Shown one piece after another: positions 27,954-35,563 of a stretch of DNA of 52,765 bases (position 1 is the stretch's first letter; every line of letters begins with the position of its first letter). Below the pieces are notes generated by a model. That model saw only the letters and a program-made list of their open reading frames with translations, ran no database searches and was not told the origin of the DNA. The DNA is taken from positions 1 through 52,765 of the forward strand of contig CAIKWG010000030.1 of the NCBI GenBank assembly GCA_903831045.1, given 5' to 3'. The position numbers were made by a program, and so were the translations under genes. The DNA comes from an uncultured archaeon. Its GTDB lineage: Archaea > Nanobdellota > Nanobdellia > Pacearchaeales > GW2011-AR1.

Positions 27954-30140
27954 ATGGTTGGAAAAAATCCTAAGGTAGATGATATTTTAAAGAAATATAG
28001 TGCTAAGATAGAATCTAATATAAAAGCGGAGATTAATAATAAAACTAATTACAGTCAAGAATATCTTAGATTCAAAGAAGAGATTGCTCCAGAGTATAGT
28101 GGTTATGAGAAATGGTGTCATACTTTGGGAAATACCTTTAAGGTTAAAACTTCTACAAAAGATGAAACTAGATTAAGAAAAACTATCGATGTTGCTCATT
28201 TGGATATTGAACCCTGGCAGGCAATAACATTGTCAATAATGTCTTTTGTTGCCATCTTCTTTTTAGGATTAATTCTTTGTATTGCAATTGCTTTTGTTCA
28301 AGGGGGAATTCAATTTTTTCCTTCTTTGCTTTTTTTTCTGATTATTCTTTTTTCAGTTTTTTTATTTTATTTTGTTAATTCTTATCCTGAAAGATTAGCA
28401 AATAAATGGAGACTTAAAGCATCAAGTCAAATGGTGCCAGCAATTTTGTATATTGTTGTTTATATGAGACATACGCCTAATTTAGAAAAAGCAATTTCTT
28501 TTGCTGCAAATCATCTTCAATATCCTCTTGCATTGGATTTTAAGAAGGTTTTTTATAATGTTGAGATTGGAAAATTTTCCACTATAAAAGAAAGTTTAGA
28601 TAATTATTTAGAAACATGGCAGGATTATTCTGTAGAATTTATTGAAGCATTTCATCTTATTGAAAGTAGTTTGTTTGAACCAAGTGAATCCAGGAGAATT
28701 ACTATTCTTGAAAAATCATTGCAGGTAGTTCTTGATGGGGTCTATGAGAAAATGTTAAAGTTTACTCATAATGTTAGAAGTCCTTTGACTAATGTTTATA
28801 TGCTGGGGGTTGTACTTCCAACTCTTGCTCTTGCTTTGATTCCTCTAGCTTCGGCAATGCTTGGAGGTTCTCTAAAAGCGATTCATGTTTTTGTTTTATT
28901 TAATTTAATTGTTCCTTTTTTTGTTTTCTATTTGACAGATAAAGTTTTATTAATGCGTCCGGGTGGACATGGAGAAACAACTTTGTTGAAAAAAAATCCA
29001 CTTTATGCAAATTATAAAAGTGCAACACCATATATCACAGCATTTATTGTTTGTTTTCCTCTTCTTATTTTAGGTTTGCTTCCTCTTATTTTTCAAATAG
29101 ATTTTTCGGGTGTTCCGAGTAATCCAGTAAATTTTATGGGTTTGCAAAAGGATTTTACTTTTGGAGACTTGGGGGTTCCATTTGCTAAGCTTAGTGAGGT
29201 AAAAGTTTTTGGTTTTGAGCCTACAGATAGTGGAATGCGAGGGCCTTTTGGTTTAGGAGCAACTCTTCTTGGATTATTCTTTCCCTTGAGCATTGCTCTA
29301 TTCTTTTCTCTTGCTTATAGAGATAAAACTAAGTTATTAATTAAAGAGAGAGAAAAAACAAAACAACTGGAAGATGAGTTTAATAATTCTTTATTTCAAA
29401 TGGGAAATAGGCTTGGAAATAATGTTCCTCCAGAACTGGTCTTTGGAAAAGTTGCTGAGGCTAATAAAAACTTAATGACTGGAAACTTTTTTGCAAGAGT
29501 TAATTATAATATTCGTCAGATGGGTATGAGTGTTGAGAAAGCTATCTTTGATGATAAACGAGGAGCTCTAAAATATTTTCCTTCTGACATTATTGCTACA
29601 AGCATGAGGGTGTTAATTGAATCTTCTAAGAAAGGATTAAAAATTGCTTCGATGAGTTTGATGAGTATTTCTGAATATGTAAATAATATTGGAAAGATTA
29701 CCGCTCGGTTGAAAGATATGCTTGCTGAAATAGCTTCAGACATGAAAAGTAATATGACTTTCTTGGCACCATTGCTATCTGGTATTGTTGTAGCTTTGGC
29801 TGCAATGATTACTGCCATTTTGAGTAAATTAACTTTTAATGAGCTTGGAGATTTGGGAGTTGCAGGTTTAGGAAATATCAGTGAAACATTAAAGATATTC
29901 AATTATCTAGACATGATTCCACCATATTATTTACAAATCATTGTTGGACTTTATCTGATTGAGATTGTATTCATTCTTACAAGCACATTAGTAACTGTAG
30001 ATTCTGGTGAAGATAAGTTAGAAAGTACCAATAAAACTGGGCAGAATTTAAAGAAAGCAATTATGTTATTTTTTATAACCTCTTTATTTGGAGTTATTGC
30101 CCTAACTGTTCTTAGCACAGTTGTTTTGGGTGGAATGTAG
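27954..30140 (+). CDS. Polytopic membrane protein, probable pilus platform (FlaJ/PilC/TadC-like)
   Basis: 728 aa with two clusters of TM helices separated by soluble segments. Called mainly from its position in the ATPase/prepilin/peptidase locus. GTG 27948 trimmed to ATG 27954. Confidence 0.55.
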   Translation: MVGKNPKVDDILKKYSAKIESNIKAEINNKTNYSQEYLRFKEEIAPEYSGYEKWCHTLGNTFKVKTSTKDETRLRKTIDVAHLDIEPWQAITLSIMSFVAIFFLGLILCIAIAFVQGGIQFFPSLLFFLIILFSVFLFYFVNSYPERLANKWRLKASSQMVPAILYIVVYMRHTPNLEKAISFAANHLQYPLALDFKKVFYNVEIGKFSTIKESLDNYLETWQDYSVEFIEAFHLIESSLFEPSESRRITILEKSLQVVLDGVYEKMLKFTHNVRSPLTNVYMLGVVLPTLALALIPLASAMLGGSLKAIHVFVLFNLIVPFFVFYLTDKVLLMRPGGHGETTLLKKNPLYANYKSATPYITAFIVCFPLLILGLLPLIFQIDFSGVPSNPVNFMGLQKDFTFGDLGVPFAKLSEVKVFGFEPTDSGMRGPFGLGATLLGLFFPLSIALFFSLAYRDKTKLLIKEREKTKQLEDEFNNSLFQMGNRLGNNVPPELVFGKVAEANKNLMTGNFFARVNYNIRQMGMSVEKAIFDDKRGALKYFPSDIIATSMRVLIESSKKGLKIASMSLMSISEYVNNIGKITARLKDMLAEIASDMKSNMTFLAPLLSGIVVALAAMITAILSKLTFNELGDLGVAGLGNISETLKIFNYLDMIPPYYLQIIVGLYLIEIVFILTSTLVTVDSGEDKLESTNKTGQNLKKAIMLFFITSLFGVIALTVLSTVVLGGM

Positions 30141-30150
30141 TTAGCTAAAA

Positions 30151-30168
30151 CTTTATTAATTCTATTTT
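30151..30168 (+). promoter_or_regulatory. Conserved promoter element CTTTATTAATTCTATTTT
   Basis: It starts 31 nt upstream of ATG 30182 with no SD, so the transcript is probably leaderless. A near-identical copy lies at 32006. Confidence 0.5.
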
Positions 30169-30181
30169 CTTATTTTTAATT

Positions 30182-30331
30182 ATGAAGAAAAGAGGAATTA
30201 TCTCGGATTATCTGCCTTGGTTAATATTGGGATTAATTGTATTAGTTTTATTTTTACTTGCAGATTGGATTCTAAAAGATAAGGGTTTAGCCATTATAGA
30301 TAATATTAAACAAATTTTTAGGAGAAGATAA
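30182..30331 (+). CDS. Prepilin-like micro-protein (49 aa, not in ORF track)
   Basis: MKKRG-IISDYLPWLILGLIVLVLFLL is a basic tip plus a hydrophobic helix. The stop overlaps the next ATG (TAATG). Confidence 0.45.
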   Translation: MKKRGIISDYLPWLILGLIVLVLFLLADWILKDKGLAIIDNIKQIFRRR

Positions 30332-30495
30332 TGTCTGAAGTAATAATCTCGCCTACAATAAAATGGATTATGGCAATATTAGTTATTGTATTGGTTGCTG
30401 CAGGACTTTATCTTGCATTTAGAGATAATATTCTTGGATTTTTTGAAAACTTGCCTACTGGAGCTAAATTCTTTTTGAGTCTTTTTAAGATATAA
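30331..30495 (+). CDS. Single-TM micro-protein (54 aa, not in ORF track)
   Basis: It contains the helix IKWIMAILVIVLVAAGLYLAF and exactly fills the gap between neighbouring genes with coupled start and stop. Confidence 0.35.
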   Translation: MSEVIISPTIKWIMAILVIVLVAAGLYLAFRDNILGFFENLPTGAKFFLSLFKI

Positions 30496-30496
30496 A

Positions 30497-30976
30497 ATGA
30501 AAAATAAAAGAGGTGAACAAATGTTACCAGAAGAAGTTGTTAAAACTGTTCTTACAGTAATCTGCATAATGTTTTTGGTTTATCTTTTGGTATCACTTTA
30601 TTTTGCAAGAATGAATAGTGGTAAACTTACACAGGCAAAGGATTCAATAGATAGAATAAATCAGGCAATAGATCATATGAAATTAAATAATTTGAATAAT
30701 TATAGTTTGGATGTGTTGAATCCAGCTAAATGGGTTGTATTTGGTTTTGTGGGAAGTGAAATGAAGCCAAACTCTTGTAATGGAAATAATTGTTTGTGTA
30801 TATGTAAAGATGTTCGTGAAGCAAAACAGTTAGAGCAATGTTCAGAGAGTGGAGCTTGCTTAGAAATTTTAGGACTGAAGGATTTTATGGAATTTGAACT
30901 TGGATTGCAGGATGGAAATCCTGTTGGAATGCAATTAAAGATGAATGGTACAATCATTGAGGTAAGAAAAATATGA
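30497..30976 (+). CDS. Prepilin-like protein, Cys-rich
   Basis: Class III signal-like MKNKRG-EQMLPEEVVKTVLTVICIMFLVYLLV. The C-terminal part has 7 Cys (CNGNNCLCIC...). Confidence 0.7.
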   Translation: MKNKRGEQMLPEEVVKTVLTVICIMFLVYLLVSLYFARMNSGKLTQAKDSIDRINQAIDHMKLNNLNNYSLDVLNPAKWVVFGFVGSEMKPNSCNGNNCLCICKDVREAKQLEQCSESGACLEILGLKDFMEFELGLQDGNPVGMQLKMNGTIIEVRKI

Positions 30977-31074
30977 CTTTCGAAGGTATTATGAAACTGT
31001 TATTGTGGATTTCTTTATTTATTCTTTTGCTTGGTGGATTATATGCTTTATTAAAGGCAGTGGGAGTTATGTGA
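30973..31074 (+). CDS. Single-TM micro-protein (33 aa, not in ORF track)
   Basis: MTFEGIMKLLLWISLFILLLGGLYALLKAVGVM. It has an ATGA overlap with the upstream stop and ends 2 nt before the next ATG. Confidence 0.3.
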   Translation: MTFEGIMKLLLWISLFILLLGGLYALLKAVGVM

Positions 31075-31076
31075 AT

Positions 31077-31997
31077 ATGAAAAAGAAAGGTGAGCTAACA
31101 ACAACACAAATTATTGGAATTATTCTCCTTATTGCTGCATTTGCAATTCTCTTATATTTTATGTTTATGGTAAATTTCAAAGAAGGAAATGAAAAACAGA
31201 TTTGTCAGGCATCGGTTATGCAGAGAGCAAGTCCGATAATTCCCGATGATGTGGTTCCATTGCAATGTAAAACTACCTATGTTTGTATTAGTGCAGACAA
31301 TGGAAAATGTGAAAAGGATTTAAGTTCTCCTACTGCTACTTATAAAATAAAGACAAAAGAGCAAACCTATCAGATTATTTCAGATGAATTTGCTGATTGT
31401 TGGTGGATGTTTGGAGAAGGGCAAGTGAATTATGTAGGTAAGGATGCTATTCCAAAATTATACTGTTCTCTTTGCTCGCAAATTGTTTTTGATAAGAGTA
31501 TGTCTAGCATTTTTCCTTCAGGAAATTTTTCTCAGAGAGATATTTACAATTACATGACTAAAATAAAGATATCTGCGAATCAAACTTACAGTGAATATAT
31601 TTATGGAACAAATGATTTGAGTGTTATTAGTGGAAATGGAGAACTTGCATTTGGTGAAATTCTTATCAATCAAAAATATTATATTGGAACTGGAATGAGT
31701 AGTGAATTTGGTGGGCCTGCAGTAGATTTAGCTGGGGGAGTAATTGGATTTGCTTTGAACTTTGTTCCTTTTGCAAAAGGAGCCGGAGCAATTGCTAAAC
31801 CCTTAGGAAAACTTGTTGGAGCAATTAAAATTAGTAAGACGACTTCTACTATTGGGGGTGGAGCTGCAACTCAATTTTTATTAGCACCAGTTATTAGCAA
31901 AATCATTGGAGTTCAGACAGTAGCGCCTTTTATGATGCAACTGAATTCTTCCGAATTCAATGCACTGGAATGCAAACAACTTGCAACTTCATCTTAA
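31077..31997 (+). CDS. Prepilin-like protein with Cys-rich domain and G/A-rich hydrophobic C-terminus
   Basis: MKKKG-ELTTTQIIGIILLIAAFAILLYF. ORF-track GTG start 31005 trimmed to ATG 31077. Confidence 0.7.
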   Translation: MKKKGELTTTQIIGIILLIAAFAILLYFMFMVNFKEGNEKQICQASVMQRASPIIPDDVVPLQCKTTYVCISADNGKCEKDLSSPTATYKIKTKEQTYQIISDEFADCWWMFGEGQVNYVGKDAIPKLYCSLCSQIVFDKSMSSIFPSGNFSQRDIYNYMTKIKISANQTYSEYIYGTNDLSVISGNGELAFGEILINQKYYIGTGMSSEFGGPAVDLAGGVIGFALNFVPFAKGAGAIAKPLGKLVGAIKISKTTSTIGGGAATQFLLAPVISKIIGVQTVAPFMMQLNSSEFNALECKQLATSS

Positions 31998-32005
31998 AGG
32001 AGAAT

Positions 32006-32022
32006 CTTTATTAATTCTATTT
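32006..32022 (+). promoter_or_regulatory. Conserved promoter element CTTTATTAATTCTATTT
   Basis: It starts 30 nt upstream of ATG 32036. This is the second copy of the element at 30151. Confidence 0.5.
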
Positions 32023-32035
32023 CCTGTTTATTAGT

Positions 32036-32464
32036 ATGCAAAATAAAAAAGGTGAGACTACACTTCTTGTTGAAAATATTATCTTTCTAGTATTGAATAT
32101 GCTTTTTTTTGCTATTCTTATTGCTTTTATCGTCCAGCAGTCTTCAGGAGCGGCTCTATTGGAGCAAACTTATTCTAAAAAAGTTGCATTATTGGTTGAT
32201 CAAGCTAAACCAGGAATGATTATTAAACTGAATCTTGAAGAAGGAATGAATGTTGCTGCTAAGGATAAAATTGCTCCTACTGCCATACTAACTGTTCAAG
32301 ATAATTTTATTAAAGTAAAACTTGCAGATGGTGGGGGTCAGGAATATCATTTTTTTAATGATGTTGATGTAAAAATTTTTCCTGAAACAGACGATAATGG
32401 AGATTATTCCGGAGTTTATGTTTTAACGGTTAATAGAAAAATTGCAGGAGAAGCTGAAACATGA
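32036..32464 (+). CDS. Prepilin-like protein
   Basis: MQNKKG-ETTLLVENIIFLVLNMLFFAILIAFIV, 142 aa. Confidence 0.7.
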   Translation: MQNKKGETTLLVENIIFLVLNMLFFAILIAFIVQQSSGAALLEQTYSKKVALLVDQAKPGMIIKLNLEEGMNVAAKDKIAPTAILTVQDNFIKVKLADGGGQEYHFFNDVDVKIFPETDDNGDYSGVYVLTVNRKIAGEAET

Positions 32465-32985
32465 TTAATAAGAAGGGAGAAAAATTGTTGTCTTTGTATT
32501 GGTTTTTAATGTTAACAATTATTGTAGTTGGAATTGTAGTAATGGTGAGAACTTTTTATGGTAATCCCTATGATGTTAGGAGTTTAGAAGCAGAAGTGTT
32601 AAACAATCATGTCTCTAATTGTATATCCTCTGGAGGAAGAATGAATCCTCTTTTAATCTGGCCAGGTACTGGGCAATATCAAGAAAGTTTTAAAGATACA
32701 TTTACAGATAAATGTAGACTGAATCTTGAAGGTCATAATGAATTTGATCCGGTAGAATATTATGTTGAAGTGAATTTATATAATAAATTTGATAAAAAGT
32801 CATTTGCAACTTTCTTTAATGGAAATAAAAATTGGATAGGAGACTGTCAAGCTAGTAATCAATACAAAAATCTTGCCGTTTGTTTTAATAGTACTTTTTA
32901 TTCTTCGGACAGTCTGGGAAATCTTTATCGAGTAGAAACTCTTACTATTGTTCATAAAATAAAGGAGAATGTTAAACAGAATTAA
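32461..32985 (+). CDS. Prepilin-like protein
   Basis: MINKKG-EKLLSLYWFLMLTIIVVGIVVMV, 174 aa, with a 4-nt overlap with the upstream gene. Confidence 0.7.
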   Translation: MINKKGEKLLSLYWFLMLTIIVVGIVVMVRTFYGNPYDVRSLEAEVLNNHVSNCISSGGRMNPLLIWPGTGQYQESFKDTFTDKCRLNLEGHNEFDPVEYYVEVNLYNKFDKKSFATFFNGNKNWIGDCQASNQYKNLAVCFNSTFYSSDSLGNLYRVETLTIVHKIKENVKQN

Positions 32986-32986
32986 A

Positions 32987-33322
32987 ATGAAAAATAAAAA
33001 AGCACAAATTGCTGATACTCTTGCATGGGTAATTGCCACAGTGATTATAGTTGTTTTACTTGTCTTGTTTATTTTTATTTCTTCAATGCTAGCAAGTGGT
33101 AGAGTTGTTAAAGGAGAAGTTAGAGACTCTTTATTTTCAAAAACAGTATCAGATACAACCGATCTTAGTTTAACCAAAACTTTGATTACCTATTATACAA
33201 TTAAGGATAATGTTGTGAAAAAGGCATTGGATAAAGAATTAAAGAAAATTAATTCTACTCTTTCCACAAAGGTAGATTATGATACGCGTGCTAGTGAAAT
33301 TTTAAGGAGGGTATCATCATGA
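32987..33322 (+). CDS. Prepilin-like protein (KA-Q type)
   Basis: MKNKKA-QIADTLAWVIATVIIVVLLVLFIF. ORF-track start 32969 trimmed to ATG 32987, 1 nt after the upstream stop. Confidence 0.65.
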   Translation: MKNKKAQIADTLAWVIATVIIVVLLVLFIFISSMLASGRVVKGEVRDSLFSKTVSDTTDLSLTKTLITYYTIKDNVVKKALDKELKKINSTLSTKVDYDTRASEILRRVSS

Positions 33323-33654
33323 ATAGAAAAGGAAGCATTCCTATCGTACTTCTGGTAATAGGCGTTTTTGCTATTTGTTGTTTTGCACTTTTGACATTCC
33401 TAATGGCTGATTTTAAAGCTACAACTTCCTTTGTGGGAATTAGTATTATGAAAAATCTTACTCAAAATATTGAAGAATACGATTCCTATAAAAATATTCA
33501 AAATATATCTGAAGAAAGATTGGCTAGCATGTTTAATCTAAAAGAAATTAAGGGTCAGGATTGTTTTTATTACGAAGAGTTGGATAAAAAGGCTTTTTCT
33601 CGTCTGCAAGGAGATTATGGTAATGTCTTATTTTCTGTTCAATATTGCCCTTAA
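33319..33654 (+). CDS. Prepilin-like protein
   Basis: MNRKG-SIPIVLLVIGVFAICCFALLTFLM, 111 aa, with a 4-nt overlap with the upstream gene. Confidence 0.65.
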   Translation: MNRKGSIPIVLLVIGVFAICCFALLTFLMADFKATTSFVGISIMKNLTQNIEEYDSYKNIQNISEERLASMFNLKEIKGQDCFYYEELDKKAFSRLQGDYGNVLFSVQYCP

Positions 33655-33681
33655 TTTTAATTTTATCTAAATTAGCATAAG

Positions 33682-33692
33682 CTTTATAAATT
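33682..33692 (+). promoter_or_regulatory. TATA box CTTTATAAATT with downstream SD for the candidate major pilin
   Basis: It lies 47 nt upstream of ATG 33729. GAGGA at 33720..33724 precedes the start. This is the only gene of the array with its own 74-nt intergenic region. Confidence 0.45.
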
Positions 33693-33728
33693 AGTTAATC
33701 TAATATATAATATTCAAAAGAGGATAAG

Positions 33729-34178
33729 ATGAAAACAAAAGCGCAGAGTATGGGTACAAACACAATCATACTTTTAATTTTAGGTTTAGTTGTTCTAGTA
33801 ATTCTTATAATTGGATTTACATCTGGATGGGATAAAGTATTTCCATTCATTGGTGGAGGAAATGTTGATAAAATAACTTCAAGTTGTAGTGCAGCTTGTG
33901 TTACCGGTTCAACTTACGATTATTGTTCTGTTCAAAGAGCTTTAACAGCAAAGGATCAAAATACTGGTAAAACTATTTCAATAAAAACTACTTGTGCAGC
34001 ATTTGCAAATGTTCAACAATTCCAAATTTATGGGGTTGACAAATGTTCTACTGTTGAATGTGCAACAGAATGTGGAAAGATTATAATCAACGGAAAAGCA
34101 GGTCAAACTAGTGGAGTTTATGATGTGACTGCAATTGCAAGTGGTAGCGCTACTTGTATGGTTCCGGCTAGTGAATAG
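33729..34178 (+). CDS. Prepilin-like protein, candidate major pilin (KA-Q type, Cys-rich)
   Basis: MKTKA-QSMGTNTIILLILGLVVLVILIIGF. The 149-aa protein has about ten Cys in the globular part and its own promoter and SD. Confidence 0.7.
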   Translation: MKTKAQSMGTNTIILLILGLVVLVILIIGFTSGWDKVFPFIGGGNVDKITSSCSAACVTGSTYDYCSVQRALTAKDQNTGKTISIKTTCAAFANVQQFQIYGVDKCSTVECATECGKIIINGKAGQTSGVYDVTAIASGSATCMVPASE

Positions 34179-34222
34179 TTATCTTGGGTGATGAGAGGTG
34201 TGATTGGTTTCGTGGAGTGATA

Positions 34223-34229
34223 TTTTTTT
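34223..34229 (+). terminator. Oligo-T tract downstream of the pilin gene
   Basis: A T7 run lies 45 nt after the stop at 34178. Archaeal terminators are typically oligo-T. Confidence 0.3.
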
Positions 34230-34426
34230 ACGTGCTAACTTTATTCTACAAAGGTTAATTATTTAAATTTGATTTTCTTTTTTTAATTATGGATTATGGA
34301 TGTGGAGAGAGGAGAAATAAAGGGAAGGATAAGAAAAGAGATAAAAAGAAACATCCTTACAAGCATGGCGGAGCTATGAGAAGTTCTGATATAGACCAAA
34401 CTGGAAAAAAGAAATAGAAGGATAGA

Positions 34427-34436
34427 ATTATAAATT
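34427..34436 (+). promoter_or_regulatory. TATA-like ATTATAAATT upstream of the prepilin peptidase
   Basis: It starts 29 nt upstream of ATG 34456 with no SD. Confidence 0.35.
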
Positions 34437-34455
34437 CTTTTTTGCTTTTTTATTT

Positions 34456-35286
34456 ATGATTGAGGTTATTGTTTTATTTGTTCTTGCTTTAATTTGGATT
34501 ATCTTTGCTGTTGTGCAGGATTTAAAATCACGTGAAATTGCTGATTGGTTAAATTATTCACTTATTATCTTTGCTTTAGGATTTAGATTGTTTTACAGTT
34601 TGTTTAGTGGAGAATGGAATTTCTTTTTATTTGGAGTAGGAGGATTTGTATTATTCTGTGGGTTAGCTAATTTATTCTATTATGGGAGGTTATTTGCTGG
34701 AGGTGATGCAAAACTATTGATGGCTCTTGGAGCGATTTTACCCTTGCAAGTTTCTTTAATTGAAAATATTAAAAATTTTGGAATTTTCTTATTTTTGTTC
34801 TTGATTGTCGGAGCATGCTATGGATTAATTTATAGTCTAGTTCTTGCAATTAGAAGTTTTAAAAAATTTAGAAAAGAGTTTATTTCACAGTTTAAACAAA
34901 ACAGATATTTAGTGTATGGACTTCTAGCCTTATCCATTATAATCCTTTGTCTTGCTTTTCTTGAGAGAATGTTATTAGGATTGGGAATTTTAGTTTTTGT
35001 ATTTCCTTATTTATTTTTGTGCTTTAAGGCAGTGGATGAAGTTTGTATGATTAGAAAAGTTGCAATTAGTAAATTAACTGAAGGGGATTGGTTGTATCAA
35101 GATGTCAAAGTTGGAAATAAAACAATTAAAGCAACTTGGGATGGATTGAATAAATCAGATTTAATTTTATTAAAGAAGAAAAAGTTTGTTCTTGTTAGAT
35201 ATGGGATTCAGTATGCTCCAGTTTTTCTCATTAGCTTTATACTGTTTGTGATTGGAATGAGCTTCAATTGGTTTGGGTTGATTTAA
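34456..35286 (+). CDS. A24-family prepilin/preflagellin peptidase (PibD/FlaK/EppA-like)
   Basis: Two catalytic Asp motifs in TM context: VQDLKSREIADW and FAGGDAKLLMALGA (GxGD type). 276 aa with a C-terminal extra domain. Confidence 0.85.
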   Translation: MIEVIVLFVLALIWIIFAVVQDLKSREIADWLNYSLIIFALGFRLFYSLFSGEWNFFLFGVGGFVLFCGLANLFYYGRLFAGGDAKLLMALGAILPLQVSLIENIKNFGIFLFLFLIVGACYGLIYSLVLAIRSFKKFRKEFISQFKQNRYLVYGLLALSIIILCLAFLERMLLGLGILVFVFPYLFLCFKAVDEVCMIRKVAISKLTEGDWLYQDVKVGNKTIKATWDGLNKSDLILLKKKKFVLVRYGIQYAPVFLISFILFVIGMSFNWFGLI

Positions 35287-35309
35287 GATTATCCCTGTAG
35301 CACAATAAT

Positions 35310-35320
35310 CTTTATTAACG
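35310..35320 (+). promoter_or_regulatory. CTTTATTAACG promoter-like element
   Basis: It starts exactly 30 nt upstream of ATG 35340. Confidence 0.35.
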
Positions 35321-35339
35321 AATATTCTATTCTTCTTTT

Positions 35340-35561
35340 ATGGAAGCTCCAAGCTCTAAATTAGGTAAAATATTAGAAAATAGTGAGGAACAAAAAAAGA
35401 TTGTTCTTGAACAAATAAGAGCTACTGGTTCTGCTGTTGGAGCTAAAGTTGTGTTAAATGGAGTGAAGTATGTTATAATTGATGGAGATTATAGTTTAGA
35501 TAATTTTTATGAGCGCGTAGATAATTTCAAAAAAGAAATGTTTGATTCATTTAATCAATAA
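35340..35561 (+). CDS. Hypothetical 73-aa soluble protein
   Basis: An ORF with its own promoter-like element and no recognisable motif. Confidence 0.4.
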   Translation: MEAPSSKLGKILENSEEQKKIVLEQIRATGSAVGAKVVLNGVKYVIIDGDYSLDNFYERVDNFKKEMFDSFNQ

Positions 35562-35563
35562 TT

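Noticed and set aside
34188-34222. C/D box sRNA (the GUGAUGA C-box-like heptamer)
   Set aside because: There is no CUGA D or D' box at the expected spacing, no second C' box, and no terminal stem. The segment is more likely part of a terminator region.
20938-35286. Archaellum (motility) operon
   Set aside because: I recognised no FlaB-type flagellin and no FlaC/D/E/F/G/H genes. The subunits are short, Cys-rich and pilin-like, so an adhesive pilus is the better reading.
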